NCBI GenBank assembly: GCA_040901675.1
Contig: JBBDYJ010000030.1
Coordinates: 1-64,000 of the forward strand
DNA from: Pirellulales bacterium
GTDB taxonomy: Bacteria > Planctomycetota > Planctomycetia > Pirellulales > JAICIG01
Length of the DNA: 64,000 nucleotides
Reading direction: 5' to 3'
Numbering within the stretch: position 1 is the first letter of the stretch; each line of letters opens with the position of its first letter. Below are positions 18,448 to 28,496 of this stretch, piece by piece. The position numbers were made by a program, and so were the translations under genes. Under the pieces are notes generated by a model. That model was not told the origin of the DNA, did not search any database, and saw only the letters and a program-made list of their open reading frames with translations.

Positions 18448-19371
18448 TTACCCGGTAAGCTGCGCGGTGCGATCCCAGATCAGCCGCTTGTATTCGGCCT
18501 TCTGGTCGGCCGGGAGAAAGCTGCGGTCAACAAGCGCAGAGGCTTCGGCCAGGACGGAGGCCTGCTTTTTCAGCACCCGCAGCGCTGTTTTCTCCGGCAA
18601 CCCGCAATAAGCGGCGAATCGGAGCCAGCAATCGCGATCCAGATTGTCTCTCTTGCCCGTGACCGGCAACGCGAGCGGGTCATCGGGAATAACCAGCCGC
18701 GTGCAGACCAGGTCGTAAGCCGGCGTGAGCCGCACTATCCCCTGCGGGTCGCCAAGCAGCGAGAAGTTCTTGAGGTGCATGTCGCCGTTGCCCGACCACC
18801 AGCAGTAGACGAGCAACCGGTACAGCTTCAGGATTTCGATCAGCGGCTCGCTGGCGTAGCGTCGCAGCAATCGGCCGAGCATTTCCGCCGAAGCGTCGTA
18901 CTTGTCCTTCGGCGACTTCTCGGCGAGCTGGCAGAAATCCTCCTGCCGGACCTTGCGGCCATCGGGCAGCCGGTCGAAGCGGCGGACGACATAGGCCAGC
19001 GAGTCATCCTTAAGCGACACCAGGCCGTACTTGCCGACTTCGATGCCCGACAGTTGCGCCAGCCGCGTGCTCAGATGCTCGTTCTGCGGCAAGGCCGGGT
19101 AGGTCTCGGTCTGCGGCTTGAGAATGTACCGCCCGCCCGACGCCGCGACCTGCAGCGTCTTGCGGTCGGCCGAGAGGTCGACCGATATCTTCTTCTGAAT
19201 GCCGGACAGCGACGTATGCCCGATCATCGCCAGGGCGGCCGTGTGCAGCTTGCCGACTTCAACGTCGAAGCGCGGCGCCTTGGACGTTCCGAACAGCGCG
19301 CGCAGGCAGCGCGGATGGTAGTCGTGGTCCCCCCGAACGTCTCCCAGGCAGATCCGGCAGATGCCGTTCAC
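18448..19371 (-). CDS. hipT: HipA-family kinase toxin lacking the N-terminal subdomain (HipT-like)
   Basis: SLSGIQKK loop, YILKP, RRFDR, EDFCQ, GN.D.HLKNFS, TPAYD. Confidence 0.85.
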   Translation of the reverse strand: MNGICRICLGDVRGDHDYHPRCLRALFGTSKAPRFDVEVGKLHTAALAMIGHTSLSGIQKKISVDLSADRKTLQVAASGGRYILKPQTETYPALPQNEHLSTRLAQLSGIEVGKYGLVSLKDDSLAYVVRRFDRLPDGRKVRQEDFCQLAEKSPKDKYDASAEMLGRLLRRYASEPLIEILKLYRLLVYCWWSGNGDMHLKNFSLLGDPQGIVRLTPAYDLVCTRLVIPDDPLALPVTGKRDNLDRDCWLRFAAYCGLPEKTALRVLKKQASVLAEASALVDRSFLPADQKAEYKRLIWDRTAQLTG

Positions 19372-19706
19372 GAAACCTCCTGCCCTGCCGCCGGGATGAT
19401 TTCCACCGCGCCGACGCAGTCGGCGCAGGTGGCCACAAGCAGGCCAAACGCATCGTCTTTGGAGATTTTGAGCTTTTTCGTGGCCAGCTCCAGCAGCCAG
19501 CCTTCCGGCAAGAGATTCTCGAAGAAGGGATGCAGACCATCGGTCACGTACGGCTCCTCACGCAGCGGCAGCGTCAACGACACGGGCACCGCCTGGGGAT
19601 TGGCAAGCCAGTGGGGGTCGTAACGGAACGTGACTTGCTTTCCGGCTTCCGTCAACAGGCCGGCGGGTTGGCCGTCGAGCCGGACAATTGCCGTGCGCGG
19701 CTTCAT
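19368..19706 (-). CDS. hipS: HipA N-terminal (couple) domain protein (HipS-like antitoxin)
   Basis: F.YD, VSLTLP, HPFFENLLPEGW, DCVGAV. Confidence 0.85.
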   Translation of the reverse strand: MKPRTAIVRLDGQPAGLLTEAGKQVTFRYDPHWLANPQAVPVSLTLPLREEPYVTDGLHPFFENLLPEGWLLELATKKLKISKDDAFGLLVATCADCVGAVEIIPAAGQEVS

Positions 19707-19957
19707 GGTGCATCGTCCTTCATCTCAGGCTCGACAATGCCCAGCGTCTTGCCGAAGACGGCGAGCACCTTGTTGACCGCGTTTAAGCGCACCGATGGCT
19801 TACCCCGCTCCAACTCAGAGACAAAACGCGGTCCGACCCCAGCCAGTTCTCCCAGCTCCTTCTGGGAGAGCTTGCTCGCCTTTCGTCGGCCGCGAACAAA
19901 CTCGCCAATCCCCGGTCCAACTTCCTGGGCCACAAACGCCTCGCTTTTGATTTTCAC
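19703..19957 (-). CDS. hipB: HipB-like XRE helix-turn-helix regulator
   Basis: LSQKELGELAGVGPRFVSELERGK. Confidence 0.85.
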   Translation of the reverse strand: MKIKSEAFVAQEVGPGIGEFVRGRRKASKLSQKELGELAGVGPRFVSELERGKPSVRLNAVNKVLAVFGKTLGIVEPEMKDDAP

Positions 19958-19962
19958 ACTAT

Positions 19963-20121
19963 TCCCGAACGGGACAATTACCGTTGATCTTAAGAAATTT
20001 TACGCCATCGAAGCGGCTAATCAACAATAATAATCCCGATCGGGAACAAATTCATTAAAGAGCCTGTGGGGGTGGGCGGAATTCGCCCTACCACACAGCA
20101 CATGTATTCCCGATCGGGAAT
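19963..20121. promoter_or_regulatory. Three palindromic operators TCCCGAWCGGGA upstream of hipB
   Basis: 19963-19974, 20034-20045, and perfect ATTCCCGATCGGGAAT at 20106-20121, in an AT-rich promoter region. Confidence 0.75.
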
Positions 20122-20360
20122 GACAGACAGCCGAATCCAGAGCGGCAAGCCCTCTCATCAGCCATGTTCCACAAACCCCGAGCCATGAGCTAGATCGGCG
20201 ACCGCACTGGGTCCGTTAGCCCCCTCGCCTCTTCGCCTCATCGTTCTTTCATTGTCCCCGCACGCCTGCGTCCTTTTTCTGCGGCTCGCGTCTGGATGGA
20301 TGAGAGGCTGAAGGCTGCTTGGAACCAGCCGAGCCATACCCCTATGCAGGAGAGAAAGTC

Positions 20361-20945
20361 ATGAGCCAGGAATCAGCAGTGCAATTCGAGACAGCCAGCC
20401 GCATCCACGTGGGGCTGGCTGTGAGGGACTTGGAGCCGTCGGTCGCCTTTTACCGGACGCTGTTCGGCCGGCAGCCGACGAAGACGCGGCCGCACTACGC
20501 CAAATTCGAGGTGGCCCAGCCGCCGGTGAACCTGGCGCTGAACGAGGTCGGCGGCCAGACCGGCCCGAACAACCCGGTCGCTCATTTCGGCATCCAGGTC
20601 AAGTCGACGGAGGCCGTGAAGCAGGTCGCCGAACGGCTGCAAAAGGCTGGGGCCGCGATCGAGGTCGAAGAAAACGTGACCTGCTGCTATGCTGTGCAGA
20701 ACAAGATCTGGGCCGCCGACCCTGACGGCAACAAGTGGGAAGTTTATGTCGTGCTGGACAACGAGGGATCACAGCACCATTCGTCGCAAACGGCGTGCTG
20801 CCCGCAAATGGGCGACATCCGGGAGGCCGTCCAGCGGGAAGATTGGTCGGCCCTGAGGTCGGCATTCGAGACGGCAGGCCCAATGCCGGCTCAAAAGCCT
20901 GACCTGGCGTCGGCCTGCTCGTGCTCGGCGGCAAGCTTGACCTGA
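20361..20945 (+). CDS. ArsI/CadI-family VOC metalloenzyme
   Basis: RIHVGL.V, YAKF, HFGIQV, TCCYAVQNKIW..DPDGN.WEVY. Confidence 0.85.
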   Translation: MSQESAVQFETASRIHVGLAVRDLEPSVAFYRTLFGRQPTKTRPHYAKFEVAQPPVNLALNEVGGQTGPNNPVAHFGIQVKSTEAVKQVAERLQKAGAAIEVEENVTCCYAVQNKIWAADPDGNKWEVYVVLDNEGSQHHSSQTACCPQMGDIREAVQREDWSALRSAFETAGPMPAQKPDLASACSCSAASLT

Positions 20946-20956
20946 AAGGACTTTGA

Positions 20957-21559
20957 ATGACGGCGGGGCCTTCCACCGAATCGGTCTGGTTGCAACTCAG
21001 CGGCGACCTGCGGCGGTTCATCCGCCGCAGGGTCGCCGACGATCACCTGGCCGACGATCTGCTCCAGGAGACGTTCGTGCGGATCCACCGCAATATCGAG
21101 CGCCTCAACGAATCGGACCGCCTGGCGGCCTGGGTCTACCAGATCGCCCGCAACGTTGTCCATGACCACTATCGCAAGGCGGCGCCAAACACCGTGGCGC
21201 TCGCCGACTCCGACTCCGTTTCCGGCGATGAGGCCGCAAGCGGCCAGTTGCGCGGCCAGGCCGGCCAGTGGCTTGACGAGTTGATCCGTGAGCTGCCGGA
21301 CAAGTACCGGCAGGCCGTGCAGTTGTGCGAGATCGAGGGTCGCACGCAGCAGCAGGTGGCCGAGCGGCTCGGCCTGTCGCTTTCGGGGGCGAAATCGCGG
21401 ATTCAACGAGGCCGGGCAATGCTCAAGAGCGTGCTGGACCAGTGCTGCACGTTCGAGTTCGACCGGCGGGGCAACCTGCTGGGCGCCGAACCGAAGCCCG
21501 ACCGCACGGTCTGCCTCGATTGCGACCAGGGAGACGACCCGGCGCGCCCTTGTCCTTGA
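20957..21559 (+). CDS. sigZ: ECF sigma factor, SigZ-like
   Basis: DDLLQETF, W.YQIARN, SGAKSRIQRGR, C-terminal CC.FE.DRRG. Confidence 0.8.
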   Translation: MTAGPSTESVWLQLSGDLRRFIRRRVADDHLADDLLQETFVRIHRNIERLNESDRLAAWVYQIARNVVHDHYRKAAPNTVALADSDSVSGDEAASGQLRGQAGQWLDELIRELPDKYRQAVQLCEIEGRTQQQVAERLGLSLSGAKSRIQRGRAMLKSVLDQCCTFEFDRRGNLLGAEPKPDRTVCLDCDQGDDPARPCP

Positions 21560-21972
21560 GGCGCCTCCCTGGGCAGCCTGCGTAAGCGAAGCCCTGGCAC
21601 CATGTCTGAGCCGCGACGGCAGGCCGTGGAGCAGCAATCAAGTGGCTGGGCGTATCGCTTTCGATTGTGAGCACCAGAACAGGGTGAAGCCGCCCCGCGC
21701 GCTTTCTACGCAACTCGCGACACCGTGCATCGATAATGAAGGTTGGTGCGGAGCGACGGCCACAAATCTGGGCCCGGGAGACCTCGCGCGTGTTGAGCGA
21801 AGCCCCGCGGCCCGCCCGATCCAGGGCAGCGGACACGAAGAACACTCGTCATGGACCCAAACGAGGTTCCATGCCGGACTCGTCGTTGCCGTAAAGAGAT
21901 CGCTGAGCGGGGCCGGCGTGTTCTCTTTGACGCGTATTGATGACCCTAGCCATCTGGAAGGAGAGACAAGCC

Positions 21973-22557
21973 ATGATTCCAGGTCTAATCGTGGGCGAAG
22001 TGCGTGACCGCGTCACGGATCGACCCGTTGACGCCGCGCTGGTGGGATTGAATCACGTTACCGGTGATCCCTCTCGAGGCTTAGGCCGTTTGGCGCTTCA
22101 TGACGGAAATGGGCTTCAGTGCCCTAATCTCTACGCAGTGACGGATTCCGGCGGGCTGTTTACGCTCTATTTTTCCATTGACCCGCTCCATTTTGCGGAT
22201 TTGACGGGAAGCATTGGACGCCCCGCTTTTCAATTGAATGTCCAGAGACCTGACGGTCCCTATAGTTATGCCGCGGCACACAGGCACACCGCGTCCTTGG
22301 TGCCTGTGATCAGTTTGCGCGCTATCGCCGAGGGACGCTTGCCCACTTTAGACGAATTGGACTCCCTGGGAACGGGAGGAACGATCGCTAAACTGGCTCT
22401 GCAGATCGCCATCAAGATACGCAATGCAGCAGGACGACAAGATGTAGGCTTGACTCGAATGCCTACTCTACGTTTTCCCAACATGTTCTTGAATCCTGGC
22501 AGGCCTTCTCCAGAGTACGTGGAAGTACTCGGTTCGGCCGAGATTTATATTAGATAG
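21973..22557 (+). CDS. Hypothetical protein with carboxypeptidase-regulatory-like N-terminus; lower GC than flanks
   Basis: AAGGAG ribosome-binding site; GEVRD..T.RPV..A and TDSGG.F motifs. Confidence 0.55.
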   Translation: MIPGLIVGEVRDRVTDRPVDAALVGLNHVTGDPSRGLGRLALHDGNGLQCPNLYAVTDSGGLFTLYFSIDPLHFADLTGSIGRPAFQLNVQRPDGPYSYAAAHRHTASLVPVISLRAIAEGRLPTLDELDSLGTGGTIAKLALQIAIKIRNAAGRQDVGLTRMPTLRFPNMFLNPGRPSPEYVEVLGSAEIYIR

Positions 22558-22719
22558 TAATATACGGACCATGTCCCCGCATTTTTCCATGCCTGCTCTT
22601 CCCCCCGGGGTGCTTGCCGGCGTTCTTGGCAGGGCGGAGACCGAGGCAAGGAGGCTGTATGCCGTGATCAACTCGCTGTCGCGAATTGCAATCGCTTCAT
22701 TGGTAGTCGTCTGATTGCG

Positions 22720-23457
22720 TCAGGCTCCTTTGCTGGCAAGCCGATAGCGGCGATCGGCCTCGTCCCAGTCGATATGCGTCATGAACTTCTCGACGTACTC
22801 GGCCTTGCGGTTCTGGTAATCGATGTAGAAGGCGTGCTCGTACACGTCGATCACGACCAGCGGTACGGCCATCCACAAGATGCCCATGGAGTGCTCGTCG
22901 CTGACGACATTGTACAGCCTGCCGTTGACCGGATGCCGCACGAGCATCGCCCAGCCGGCCGCGTCCTTGGCGCTGGCTTGAAAATCGTCGGCCCAGGCGT
23001 CCAGCGAGCCGAAGCGGCCCGCGATCGCGCGGCGGATGTCCTGGCCGGGCTCGGCCGCGCGGGGGGCCAGGCCGTCGAAATACATCTCGTGCAGCACGAC
23101 GCTGTTGCCGCGGCTGTTGATCAATCGCTTCAGCGTGGGGTAGGCGGCCGGGTCGATGGGGGTGGCTTCCTTGAACGATTGCTCGAGACGCCCGTCGGCG
23201 GCGGCATAGGCCTTGAGCGCGCCGCCGTAGTGGGCCATGTGGTGAGGCGCGATCTGCTCGGCGCTCAAGAAGCCCGGAATCGACTTGTGCTTGAGCGGCT
23301 TGAGCGATCCGGTGACCAGGCCGCTCTCGGCAAAGGCGTCGCCGGCAAAGGTGTTGCCGCCGGCTTCGTCCGCCGGCGCCAGCCCGGCTGCCAGCAAGTT
23401 GCCTGCCGCCGCTCCGGAAGAGGCGAACAAAAAGTTCCTCCGCGAGAATGGACTCAT
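22720..23457 (-). CDS. Tat-exported Fe/Mn superoxide dismutase-like protein (ChrC-like)
   Basis: SRRNFL; H..HY, LHEMYF, DVYEHAFYIDY. Confidence 0.8.
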   Translation of the reverse strand: MSPFSRRNFLFASSGAAAGNLLAAGLAPADEAGGNTFAGDAFAESGLVTGSLKPLKHKSIPGFLSAEQIAPHHMAHYGGALKAYAAADGRLEQSFKEATPIDPAAYPTLKRLINSRGNSVVLHEMYFDGLAPRAAEPGQDIRRAIAGRFGSLDAWADDFQASAKDAAGWAMLVRHPVNGRLYNVVSDEHSMGILWMAVPLVVIDVYEHAFYIDYQNRKAEYVEKFMTHIDWDEADRRYRLASKGA

Positions 23458-23516
23458 GGTCGTTCTCCAGTAATGAGGCCGGTAAGGAAAGTTGTCGATC
23501 GTCGCGCCGGTGCCGA

Positions 23517-24566
23517 TTAACCGCTTCGAGCGGGCGGCAAGAACGCGACTCGTTTTGGGGCGGCGCCGACCCGGGCCTTGCCCAGGGATCTCAGCTTCCC
23601 CTCTGCCGTCATTTCGACCAGTTGCAAGGTGCCGTCGCCGATGTTGCTCACCAGCACCCGCACCGGGCCGGTCGTCGGGCCGGGAATCCGTTCCACGCAA
23701 CAGGGCTTGGAGACGCCGGTGAGGCGGTCGAGGAGCTCGCCGCTGCTCACGTCCACGGCATCGAGGCAGGAATGCCCTTCGTTCGCCCCCAACACGATGT
23801 TCGACCGCACGGCTTCGACGCCGTGGTAGGTGACTTCCTGCGGAGGCGACTGCGGCCCCGGCGGTGCGTGCTCGAAGAGGCGCGTCACCTTGCCCGTCTC
23901 GGTCTCCATCTCGAAGAAGCCGTTCACCCAGAACGAACCGAAGTAGACTTTCGACTCGTCGGGCGAGAAGGTCAGGCTGCGCGGGTTGACGTTGATCTGA
24001 TGGAACTTGACCAGCTTGCGGCCGGCCGGGTCGATGATGGCGATGCCGGTGATCTTCTTGCACGTGACGTAGGCGTGCTTTTTGAGCGGCCCATACTTGA
24101 CGACGTGTGGAGCGCTGCACCCCTCGATGCGGAAGGCTTCTTGCATCGTGCCGATGTCGATGCCCACCACGTCGTCGCTGTAGAAGTTGGCGACCAGAAC
24201 GTGCTGGCCGTCGGCGCTGGTGATGATGTGGTCGTTGTGCATGGGGCCGATGGGCGTCTTCCCCTTTTGCTTGAAATCGGGGAGCGAGTAGAACTTGACG
24301 CACTCTTCGTCCTCGACGCCCACGGCCACGGTTTTCCCATCGCGGCTCACGGCGATGCCGTAGGGGCGAGGGCCGACCTCGTACCGCTCGATCTCCTTGA
24401 GCGAATCGAGGTCCACCAGCGATACCGAGGCATCCTGCGTATTGACGACAAAGACTTGCTTGGGGGCCGCCTCGCTCGCCGTCTGCGCCACCACCGCGGG
24501 CGGAGCCCAGGCCGGGCCACTGGACATGAGCACGATCAGGGCGACCCGGTTAAGCCGGAGGTTCAT
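23517..24566 (-). CDS. Secreted YncE/YVTN-type beta-propeller protein
   Basis: Signal peptide; VG..P.GIA.S.DG repeats; AAAGGAG ribosome-binding site. Confidence 0.75.
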   Translation of the reverse strand: MNLRLNRVALIVLMSSGPAWAPPAVVAQTASEAAPKQVFVVNTQDASVSLVDLDSLKEIERYEVGPRPYGIAVSRDGKTVAVGVEDEECVKFYSLPDFKQKGKTPIGPMHNDHIITSADGQHVLVANFYSDDVVGIDIGTMQEAFRIEGCSAPHVVKYGPLKKHAYVTCKKITGIAIIDPAGRKLVKFHQINVNPRSLTFSPDESKVYFGSFWVNGFFEMETETGKVTRLFEHAPPGPQSPPQEVTYHGVEAVRSNIVLGANEGHSCLDAVDVSSGELLDRLTGVSKPCCVERIPGPTTGPVRVLVSNIGDGTLQLVEMTAEGKLRSLGKARVGAAPKRVAFLPPARSG

Positions 24567-24845
24567 GGCAGTTCTCCTTTCTCGTGTGGAATCCTCGAAA
24601 TCCCAGTGGACGGCGTGAGGGTCGTCGGCCGGTTGCAGCCCGGCCGATACAACGGCGAGGACGATTGCCAATGAGCTTAGCATGGCCGAAAACCTCCATC
24701 GAGTTGCCGATGCTGTGCTGATCAGGATAACCCGCTGCAGGCTCTCCGGTCCATTACGGCAGGATTAGAACGCGTTAATATTCCGGGCCGGCTGGCGAGT
24801 CCGGCGGCCGGCGCTCAAAATGGACGGTCTCAGGAGGGACCGACC

Positions 24846-25520
24846 GTGACTTGCGTGCTCGTTGTCGAAGATCAAAAGCGTTTGCTGGCCAGCCTGCGGC
24901 GAGGCCTGGAGGAGGAGCGGTACGAGGTGCGGGCCTGTTCCACCGGTGAAGAAGGATACTACGTGGCCACGACCGAGCCGTGCGACGTGATGGTGCTCGA
25001 TTTGATGTTGCCGGGCAGGAACGGGCTCGAAGTGCTACGGGATTTGCGGGCGCACGGCTTCGGCAAGCCGGTGCTCATCCTGACGTCACGCGACGCTGTC
25101 GAAGACCGGGTGAGGGGGCTCGACGCCGGAGCCGACGACTACCTGGTGAAACCCTTCGCATTCGCCGAACTGCTCGCTCGCCTGCGTGCCCACTGCCGGC
25201 GGAACGTCGGCGAGCGCGAGCTGGTGCTGCGGTGCGGCGACTTGCAAATGGATCTTTTGGAGCGGCGGGTGGTCCGCGACGGCACCGAGATTGAGCTGAG
25301 CAAGCGGGAGTTCGACTTGTTGGAGTTCCTCCTGCGGCACAAGAATCAGACGGTCACCCGGGAAATGATCGGCCGTGAGGTCTGGAAGGAACCAGACGGC
25401 CTGTGGACCAACGTCATCGAAGTCTGCATCAACTCGCTTCGAAAGAAGGTCGCGCAGCGGGGGGAATGGCAATTGATCCACACCGTGCGCGGCGTGGGGT
25501 ATGCCTTGCGAGACCATTGA
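24846..25520 (+). CDS. OmpR-family response regulator (CusR/CzcR-like)
   Basis: VVED, LDLMLP, GADDYLVKPFAF.EL, IHTVRGVGY. Confidence 0.9.
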   Translation: MTCVLVVEDQKRLLASLRRGLEEERYEVRACSTGEEGYYVATTEPCDVMVLDLMLPGRNGLEVLRDLRAHGFGKPVLILTSRDAVEDRVRGLDAGADDYLVKPFAFAELLARLRAHCRRNVGERELVLRCGDLQMDLLERRVVRDGTEIELSKREFDLLEFLLRHKNQTVTREMIGREVWKEPDGLWTNVIEVCINSLRKKVAQRGEWQLIHTVRGVGYALRDH

Positions 25521-26941
25521 TGAAGCCTCTGAACGTCCGTTGGAAGCTGACGGTCTGGTACGGGGGAGTGCTGGCGGCCGTGCTGGCGCTGTTCGGCGGC
25601 GTGGTGTACGTGGTCATGCGGCACCAGTTTCTCGAACGGATCGATCAGGGGTTGGAGGAGGAGTTGTCCGACGTGCTCTCGGAAGTAGAGCGGGCCAAGG
25701 ACTCGGCCGGCTTGACCGAATGGTTGAATCGCCGGTTTGCCCACCACGAAGGGTTCGACTTCGAGATCACCGATTCCCGCGGTCGCCCATTCTTCGTCAA
25801 TCCCCGCATGATCGAGCACTCGTTGTCCTTCGCCGGTGCTCCCGCCGCCGCGACGCCGCGCTTCGCGAGCTTACAGGCGGGTTCGCCGGCACGGTGGCGT
25901 GTCGTCGCCGTGCGAGCAGAAGGCCCCGAGGGACCGCTCACGATCAAGGTCGGGCGGTCGCTCGCTTCGTTCGATCATGAAATGCGAGAACTGCTATTCA
26001 CGTTCATCGTCACCGGTCCCATCACGCTGCTCATCGCCGTCAGCGGCGGGTATTTCCTTGCCTGCCGGGCACTCAGGCCGGTCAGTAGGATGACGCAGAC
26101 CGCCCAGCGCATCTCGGCCGACCGCTTGAACGAGCGGGTGGCCGTGGACAACCCGCACGACGAGCTCGGCACGCTGGCCGAGACGCTCAACGAAATGATC
26201 GAGCGACTCGAGCATTCGTTCACCGAGATGCGGCGATTCACCGCCGATGCCGCCCACGAGCTGCGGACCCCCTTGGCGGTCATCCGCAGCGAGGCCGAAG
26301 TGGCCCTTCGCTCGAGCCGTTCGGCCGAGGAATATGCTCGTGTGCTGGAGAACCTTCTGGAAGAAGCCAACCGTCTCTCCTCCATGGCCGACCGACTGTT
26401 GTTTCTCTGCCGGCAGGACGCCGGGCTGCAACCGCCGGGCCAGGAGGTGGTCCAGATCGACGAGCTGCTGGCGGACCTCGTCGCGAACCTGCAGTTGGTC
26501 GCTCAAGAGAAGGGGGTGGACCTCGCGCTCGATCGCAATGAGCCGTGCCAACTGCTCGGCGACAGCCGGCAATTCCGTCGCCTGCTCTACAACCTGGTCG
26601 ACAATGCCATCAAGTACACGGCCGCGCCGGGGACCGTCTCCCTCGCCAGCCGGAAAGAAAACGGACTGCTGGCGATCGTCGTCGCCGACACGGGGATCGG
26701 CATATCGGCGGAGCACCTGCCTCGCATTTTCGATCGCTTTTACCGGGTGGACCCGGCCCGCTCGGACGAGAATGGGGCCGGGCTTGGGCTTGCGATCTGC
26801 CAGTCGCTGGTTCGCGCCATGGGCGGCACGATTCGGGTCGAGAGCATCGTCGGCCGCGGCACAACCTTCACGGTCGCCTTTTCAATCCCGCGACAAGCCG
26901 ATTCGTTTCCAGCTCGTTGTCGAAATGCCAGCACGTTATGA
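25520..26941 (+). CDS. Heavy-metal-type sensor histidine kinase (HAMP-HisKA-HATPase)
   Basis: FTADAAHELRTPL, NLVDNAIKY, DTGIGI, GAGLGL. Confidence 0.9.
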   Translation: MKPLNVRWKLTVWYGGVLAAVLALFGGVVYVVMRHQFLERIDQGLEEELSDVLSEVERAKDSAGLTEWLNRRFAHHEGFDFEITDSRGRPFFVNPRMIEHSLSFAGAPAAATPRFASLQAGSPARWRVVAVRAEGPEGPLTIKVGRSLASFDHEMRELLFTFIVTGPITLLIAVSGGYFLACRALRPVSRMTQTAQRISADRLNERVAVDNPHDELGTLAETLNEMIERLEHSFTEMRRFTADAAHELRTPLAVIRSEAEVALRSSRSAEEYARVLENLLEEANRLSSMADRLLFLCRQDAGLQPPGQEVVQIDELLADLVANLQLVAQEKGVDLALDRNEPCQLLGDSRQFRRLLYNLVDNAIKYTAAPGTVSLASRKENGLLAIVVADTGIGISAEHLPRIFDRFYRVDPARSDENGAGLGLAICQSLVRAMGGTIRVESIVGRGTTFTVAFSIPRQADSFPARCRNASTL

Positions 26942-27498
26942 CTGAACAACGCCGGTATCGCCGGCACCGCATAACGTGGCTGGCCTTGCTCCTCGTCGGC
27001 GCTGCGCTTGCCTGGTGCCAAGCGGTCGGCACGGTTGGAGATATCGATTACCTCGGCACTTGGCGGACCAAAGGGTATGGGTGGCCGTTGATTTATCTTG
27101 TGCGGCACCAAGCGACGCTTGCACTCGAGCCGAGGCCCATCGACTTCTCGTCCGCGAGCGCGGTGGGCAATGTAGTGTTCAACCTGCTCGTTCTTGTTTG
27201 CGTGTTCATTTCGTTTGAAACCCTGCTCCGGAAGCCAGACAGCAGATTCCAGCTTCAGATTTCGCATCTGTTCGCCATAACGACAGTCATTGCCATCGTG
27301 GTCTGGCTGGTTGTCTATGAGCCGGGAACGTGGCCTTACGGGATTACCGAATCCGGAGGAGCGCGGCTGCGTTGGCATCCATGGCCCGTGCGCGTCCCTA
27401 TCCTGTTCGGCCTGGGCTGCACTTTCTATGTGGCCGGTTGGATAATCGCTCGCGCCGCCAGCCGGCTGTGCCATGCCGCGCTGCGTTCCAAATTATAG
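26938..27498 (+). CDS. Hypothetical membrane protein
   Basis: ATGA overlap with the kinase stop; YGWP motif and four hydrophobic segments. Confidence 0.6.
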   Translation: MTEQRRYRRHRITWLALLLVGAALAWCQAVGTVGDIDYLGTWRTKGYGWPLIYLVRHQATLALEPRPIDFSSASAVGNVVFNLLVLVCVFISFETLLRKPDSRFQLQISHLFAITTVIAIVVWLVVYEPGTWPYGITESGGARLRWHPWPVRVPILFGLGCTFYVAGWIIARAASRLCHAALRSKL

Positions 27499-27771
27499 GT
27501 TAGCGCGCGCCGAATTCAGCCACACGAGCCCAGCCCAGACGATCGATGCCGCGGCCCAGGCGGCCAGGCTGAAGCGGAAGGCGGCGTCGTCCGGCGGAAT
27601 CAGCGCCCGGCCCAACAGCCAGCACGCCGGGGCCAGCGCCACGCAGCCGATGGTAGACCGCCCAAGGGGCGACCTGAGCAGGCAGGCTACGCGCACGGAG
27701 AAACCTTCGTTCGCCTCGAGTCCACAGAGCGGTGATTTGTATGGGTTCTGATCCATGTCCATGCCTGTCAA
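27493..27771 (-). CDS. Small membrane protein
   Basis: Planctomycete-type NPY.SP N-terminal motif and two hydrophobic segments. Confidence 0.45.
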   Translation of the reverse strand: MTGMDMDQNPYKSPLCGLEANEGFSVRVACLLRSPLGRSTIGCVALAPACWLLGRALIPPDDAAFRFSLAAWAAASIVWAGLVWLNSARANL

Positions 27772-27802
27772 CGCATAAGTGCGGCACGCGGACGCGCCAA
27801 GG

Positions 27803-28132
27803 TCATAGATATTCTACGCGGCCGATCATTTCCTCCGCAGTGTAGCAGGCGTGCAGAAGCAGCAGCATCCGCAGATGCTCGCCGACCGAATACTTGCGCT
27901 GGTGACAGAACGCAATGCCGGCGTGAGCAATTCCCTGGGCGTGAAAGGCGACGAAGTCGTCGTCGTGCGTGACGATCACTAGAGTCTCGGAAAGAGCAAA
28001 CGACATGTGCTGCGGGTCGTCGGCGCGAAGCAGCCCTGCGTCAGCGGCGGTCGTGACGTCGATGCCGTGAGCGCGCAATCCCGCGGCCACGCCGGAATGG
28101 ATATGCTCGTCAAGGTGAAACCGGATCATCAT
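27803..28132 (-). CDS. DUF5615 PIN-like toxin (VapC45-like)
   Basis: F.LDEH, G.DV.T, VTHDDDF, HAGI. Confidence 0.85.
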   Translation of the reverse strand: MMIRFHLDEHIHSGVAAGLRAHGIDVTTAADAGLLRADDPQHMSFALSETLVIVTHDDDFVAFHAQGIAHAGIAFCHQRKYSVGEHLRMLLLLHACYTAEEMIGRVEYL

Positions 28133-28445
28133 CGGCGGCGCCGCCGTCCCGCAGCAGGGTAAACCGGGTCGCGCCCTGCTGAGCCTCCATGCGAGCGACG
28201 AACTCCTCGGCCTGCTTCATCTGCGCCTCGATGGCGTCGCGATGATCGTGATAGTAAGCCAAGGCCGCGTAGATGTCCGCCAGGCTGAGCTGGCTGAACT
28301 CCGCCGCAATCTCGGCGGGGGAGCGTCCTTCCAGGTCATGCCATACGTGAATGTCCCACACCCGGATCCGGGTGCCGTCCACGCGGGGCTTGCCCCCACA
28401 GGTTCCAGGCGTACTGACAATATGTTGAATCGCAGTCGGTTCCAT
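28110..28445 (-). CDS. DUF433 antitoxin
   Basis: CGGKP...GTRIRV, L...DIYAALAYY. Confidence 0.85.
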   Translation of the reverse strand: MEPTAIQHIVSTPGTCGGKPRVDGTRIRVWDIHVWHDLEGRSPAEIAAEFSQLSLADIYAALAYYHDHRDAIEAQMKQAEEFVARMEAQQGATRFTLLRDGGAADDDPVSP

Positions 28446-28496
28446 CTCGCCAATTATACCACATCGCGGGAAACACCACTGATGGATAAAACTCTC

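Noticed and set aside
19963..20121. Mini CRISPR array suggested by the roughly 72-bp periodicity
   Set aside because: The repeat is only a 12-16 bp palindrome, located in a TA promoter, and fits operator sites.
21560..21960. 288-frame ORF extension or riboswitch in the gap after sigZ
   Set aside because: No recognisable protein or RNA motif found by eye.
22720..24303. 527-aa SOD fusion from the ORF track
   Set aside because: The N-terminal half overlaps the beta-propeller gene out of frame; a ribosome-binding site and Tat signal mark the real start at 23457.
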